Below, piece by piece: positions 48,211 to 51,140 of a stretch of DNA of 51,140 nucleotides. This DNA is from an uncultured Sulfurovum sp. (GTDB taxonomy: Bacteria > Campylobacterota > Campylobacteria > Campylobacterales > Sulfurovaceae), in assembly GCA_964571975.1 (NCBI GenBank), contig CAZNEJ010000001.1, forward strand, positions 29,639 through 80,778. Direction: 5' to 3'. The translations under genes and the position numbers were made by a program. The first letter of the stretch is position 1. The number at the start of each line of letters is the position of its first letter. The notes under the pieces are model-generated. The model did no database searches. It was not told the origin of the DNA and saw only the letters and a list, made by a program, of their open reading frames with translations.

Positions 48211-49251
48211 ATGAAACTCGGTCTTTATACATTTGCAGCACTTATTTTCATATTTTTAATAGGAGCTTTTGTTTATACTTTAGAACTAGGTTTTTATACT
48301 TTAGAGATTATTAACTTATCCTTACCTGTAGCAGTATGGATTATCTTGCCTATGATACTTTTGTTTTTATTTACACTTGGGCATATGCTTTTCTATGGCG
48401 TTAGAAATTATTTTAAACTTAAAAAATGGCAAAAAGATACTGCTACTTTAGAGGACGCACTTTACTGGTCCTTGGTCAATGAGCCAAAAGAACAAAAATA
48501 TGCCATGAATGAAGTTGGAAGTACGGCCTCACTTTTAAGCAAAGCATCTTTGGATGTATCTGATAATGTTGAAGGCTTAAGTCCACGTCTTTCCAGAGTA
48601 GTCAATATCATACGAAAAATAAAGAGCGGTGAATATGTTAATCTAAAAGAGGAAAAAATGTCTAAGGTTTTCAAGATTGGAAACCCCATTTTAATTCAAA
48701 ATAGATTGAATTGTTTAGAGTCTGATGAAAAATTTGTAGAAGGAGTCATGAAGTCAAAATTAGATTATTCTGATGTTGTACAAAAAGAAGCTTTATCGAT
48801 ATTTGCACGAAAAACTAACTTTGAGATAGCACGTAAATATGTACATTCTTTCGATGTCAAGAATTTTTTAGTGATGTTGAAAAGAGTGAATCTAGAAGAC
48901 GATATGGGTTTAAGCAAAGAGATACTTACAGACTTTGTGGAAGGACTCAAGCTTTCATGTTCTGATTTTATCTCTATCGCTGTGGTAGCCAAAAAATATT
49001 TTAAACCAGATGAAAACTTGGCATTGTTTTATGGCTACCAGAAAGAAAATATTAAGGCACAAAATGCATACTTGTACCTACTTTTTGAGTATGAGTTAAC
49101 TGAACAAGTTGGACTTTATCTAAAAGAACAAGAAGAAGATGAATTTTTAAAATTCAGAGCCTTGTATCAACTTAAAAATGAAAATACAAAATACAAACTA
49201 GAAGATATTATGGATATTCATAGTATTTGTAATGAAACTCGGTTTCTATGA
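48211..49251 (+). CDS. Membrane-anchored hypothetical protein in the rlmH-dksA-dus cluster
   Basis: Two N-terminal TM helices, AAGGA RBS; occupies the position of the membrane gene in the Campylobacter rlmH-dksA-X-dus order. Confidence 0.75.
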   Translation: MKLGLYTFAALIFIFLIGAFVYTLELGFYTLEIINLSLPVAVWIILPMILLFLFTLGHMLFYGVRNYFKLKKWQKDTATLEDALYWSLVNEPKEQKYAMNEVGSTASLLSKASLDVSDNVEGLSPRLSRVVNIIRKIKSGEYVNLKEEKMSKVFKIGNPILIQNRLNCLESDEKFVEGVMKSKLDYSDVVQKEALSIFARKTNFEIARKYVHSFDVKNFLVMLKRVNLEDDMGLSKEILTDFVEGLKLSCSDFISIAVVAKKYFKPDENLALFYGYQKENIKAQNAYLYLLFEYELTEQVGLYLKEQEEDEFLKFRALYQLKNENTKYKLEDIMDIHSICNETRFL

Positions 49252-49257
49252 TAGAAC

Positions 49258-49338
49258 GTATTTTGGCAAAGTCAAAATACTACGCTGACTCTGTAGTATT
49301 CTCAGTACTTGGCTCATGCGACTAGTCGCATTTAGTAC
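49258..49338. other. Structured intergenic element: two overlapping hairpins plus a perfect 16-bp palindrome
   Basis: GTATTTTGGC-AAA-GTCAAAATAC; AATACTAC-N9-GTAGTATT; ATGCGACTAGTCGCAT at 49316-49331. Confidence 0.6.
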
Positions 49339-49355
49339 AATGTAAGGTTATCATT

Positions 49356-50315
49356 TTGCCAACACTTGATTTTTCTAAACCTATTTATGCCTTAGCACCC
49401 CTAGCAGGGTTCACAGATCTTCCCTTCCGCTCCGTTGTTAAGAAGTTTGGGGTTGACCTTACTGTCTCTGAGATGATAAGTTCAAATGCACTTATACATA
49501 ATTCTAAAAAAACACATCGTATGCTAGAACGTTCTAGTTTGGAAGACCCCTACGCCATACAGATAGCTGGCTCTGATTTGGACGTTATACGCCGTGCAGT
49601 AGAGATTATCAATGAGCGTAAAGACATCACGTCTATAGACCTAAACTGTGGTTGTCCTGCACCAAAGGTGGTCAATAACCTGCAGGGCTCTTCACTTCTT
49701 ACTGATTTGCCTCAAATGGCGAAGGTTATTGGAACCATAAAAAAATATTCTAATAAAGAATACACTTCTGTAAAATTTCGCTTAGGGTTTAACGATAAAA
49801 ATCATATGGAGATAGCAAAGCTGTGCGAGGATGCTGGAGCTGACTACATAGCTGTACATGGTAGAACGAGAGCTGGCAGGTATAAAGCTCCTGTGGACTA
49901 TGATGCCTTAGCCGAGATAAAAAAAAGTATCGATATACCGATGTTTGCCAATGGAGACATAGACTCACCTGAAAAAGCCAAGTGGGTACGTGAATATACA
50001 GGTGCTGATGGCATTATGATAGGACGAACAGCTGTTGGTAAACCTTGGATATTTAAACAGATAAAAGAGGGCATGAAGGAAGCAACACCAGAACTTATCA
50101 AAGAAGTAGTATTGGAGCATTTTGATCAGATGATAGCACACTATGATGAGTATGGTGCTATAGTTTTCAGGAAGAATCTGCACTCTTATTCTAAGGCAGG
50201 ATACAAAGGTGCTTCCGTGTTTAGAAATGAAATCAATCGTATTGAAGACCCAAAAGAGATGAGAGAAGTAATTGAAGCATTTTTTTCTCAAGATTTTATA
50301 GCTTCAATGATATAA
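49356..50315 (+). CDS. dusB: tRNA-dihydrouridine synthase
   Basis: LAPLAGFTDLPFR, SEMIS, IDLNCGCP, VHGRT, ANGDI, MIGR. Confidence 0.93.
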   Translation: MPTLDFSKPIYALAPLAGFTDLPFRSVVKKFGVDLTVSEMISSNALIHNSKKTHRMLERSSLEDPYAIQIAGSDLDVIRRAVEIINERKDITSIDLNCGCPAPKVVNNLQGSSLLTDLPQMAKVIGTIKKYSNKEYTSVKFRLGFNDKNHMEIAKLCEDAGADYIAVHGRTRAGRYKAPVDYDALAEIKKSIDIPMFANGDIDSPEKAKWVREYTGADGIMIGRTAVGKPWIFKQIKEGMKEATPELIKEVVLEHFDQMIAHYDEYGAIVFRKNLHSYSKAGYKGASVFRNEINRIEDPKEMREVIEAFFSQDFIASMI

Positions 50316-50327
50316 AATCTTAAACCA

Positions 50328-50349
50328 CTCTTTCTAGCTAAAGAAAGAG
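50328..50349. terminator. Hairpin between convergent dusB and fccB
   Basis: CTCTTTCT-AGCTAA-AGAAAGAG. Confidence 0.6.
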
Positions 50350-50373
50350 AGACTTAAATAGAAATATCACTGA

Positions 50374-51138
50374 CTATGCGAACATTTCTCTCATTACGCC
50401 TGCAAACCACTCTCTAGTAGCTTTAGCTGTACCTTTAGATCTAAACTTACCGTTTCCATCTTTTGGTTTAGGAACAGATCCTTTGCCCTTTAGTACACCA
50501 GACTTATCGGCCGATATAGTATGTGTTACCATAATCGCTTCTTCAGGTTTACCGCCTACCATTGAGAAACAAACGTTCGCTGCTACAGCTGGAAGTCCTG
50601 CTTTAGTATCAGAAACTTTACCGTTAAGTTGGTCTATGATTTGTCCTGTTGCTCTTTGTGCACCCCAAATGGCTGTTTGTCCTGATGGCGGAAGTTTGTG
50701 CGTTACTGCATCACCTAAGACATACACATCTTTATCTGTTTTGGACCTGAAGCTGTATCCGTCCATCATCGCATATCCTGCACCATTATGTTCTATGTCT
50801 GCCATAGCAATAACAGGTGAACATTTGTTTATAGGTATAAGGTTACATACTTCGTATTTTTCAGTTTTAGAAACACCTTTTTCATCATCTGCATTTTTAA
50901 ATTCTGTATATGTGATAGTCTTAGCCACTGGGTCTACATCTGTTACTTTTGTAAGACCTTTGTAATCTATAAACCCATCATACAAATCAGCCCAAGACTC
51001 TTTAAATGCTTTTGCTTTTGCAAATTTGCCACCTCTAGTATCAAGAACAACCACTTTTCCTTTGATACCTTCATTTTTAAGGTAATTAGCAATCATCGCA
51101 GTTCTTTCATAAGGAGCTGGAGGACATCTAAATTTACC
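50374..51138 (-). CDS. fccB: Flavocytochrome c sulfide dehydrogenase flavoprotein subunit (FccB/SoxF family), 5' truncated by window edge
   Basis: Frame is open to the edge and gives GKFRCPPAPYERTAMIA; also VYVLGDA, PPSGQTA, N.CFS and C-terminal EW....REMF. Confidence 0.8.
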   Translation of the reverse strand, partial: GKFRCPPAPYERTAMIANYLKNEGIKGKVVVLDTRGGKFAKAKAFKESWADLYDGFIDYKGLTKVTDVDPVAKTITYTEFKNADDEKGVSKTEKYEVCNLIPINKCSPVIAMADIEHNGAGYAMMDGYSFRSKTDKDVYVLGDAVTHKLPPSGQTAIWGAQRATGQIIDQLNGKVSDTKAGLPAVAANVCFSMVGGKPEEAIMVTHTISADKSGVLKGKGSVPKPKDGNGKFRSKGTAKATREWFAGVMREMFA

Positions 51139-51140
51139 TT

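Overview
AT-rich, gene-dense chromosomal window from a sulfur-oxidising Campylobacterota, most likely Sulfurovum-like. This assignment is inferred from gene order and content. In order, it carries: a ctsD-P-X-E-F-type secretin/T2SS-T4P cluster (5' partial); kdsB; hemH; a nitrogen-assimilation neighbourhood (glnK, amtB, a degenerate NtrB/NtrC-like pair, narB-type nitrate reductase); sorAB; rsmH with an ftsL-like gene and an RND gene; ispB-hemA-proS-fxsA-dsb-hemC; a TRAP solute-binding gene; an mrp(AB)CDEFG antiporter operon; several methyltransferases and hydrolases; ung; mltB-rlmH-dksA-dusB; and a partial flavocytochrome c sulfide dehydrogenase flavoprotein. No rRNA, tRNA, CRISPR array or transposase was seen. 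The best candidate for an undescribed system is a receiver-less, GAFTGA-less NtrC-like protein paired with a His-less PAS pseudo-kinase next to amtB-glnK. A matching 17-bp box, TGNTTA-W5-TARNCA, lies exactly 31 bp upstream of the predicted sigma70 -10 hexamer of both amtB and narB and overlaps the regulator's own promoter. This suggests phosphorylation- and sigma54-independent nitrogen control. Other notable items are two ATPase-less DUF234 nuclease-like paralogs sharing a leader motif at identical promoter spacing, a GTAG-type REP pair, a ProRS lacking its editing domain, and several structured intergenic elements. All calls come from reading motifs by eye; no database searches were run.
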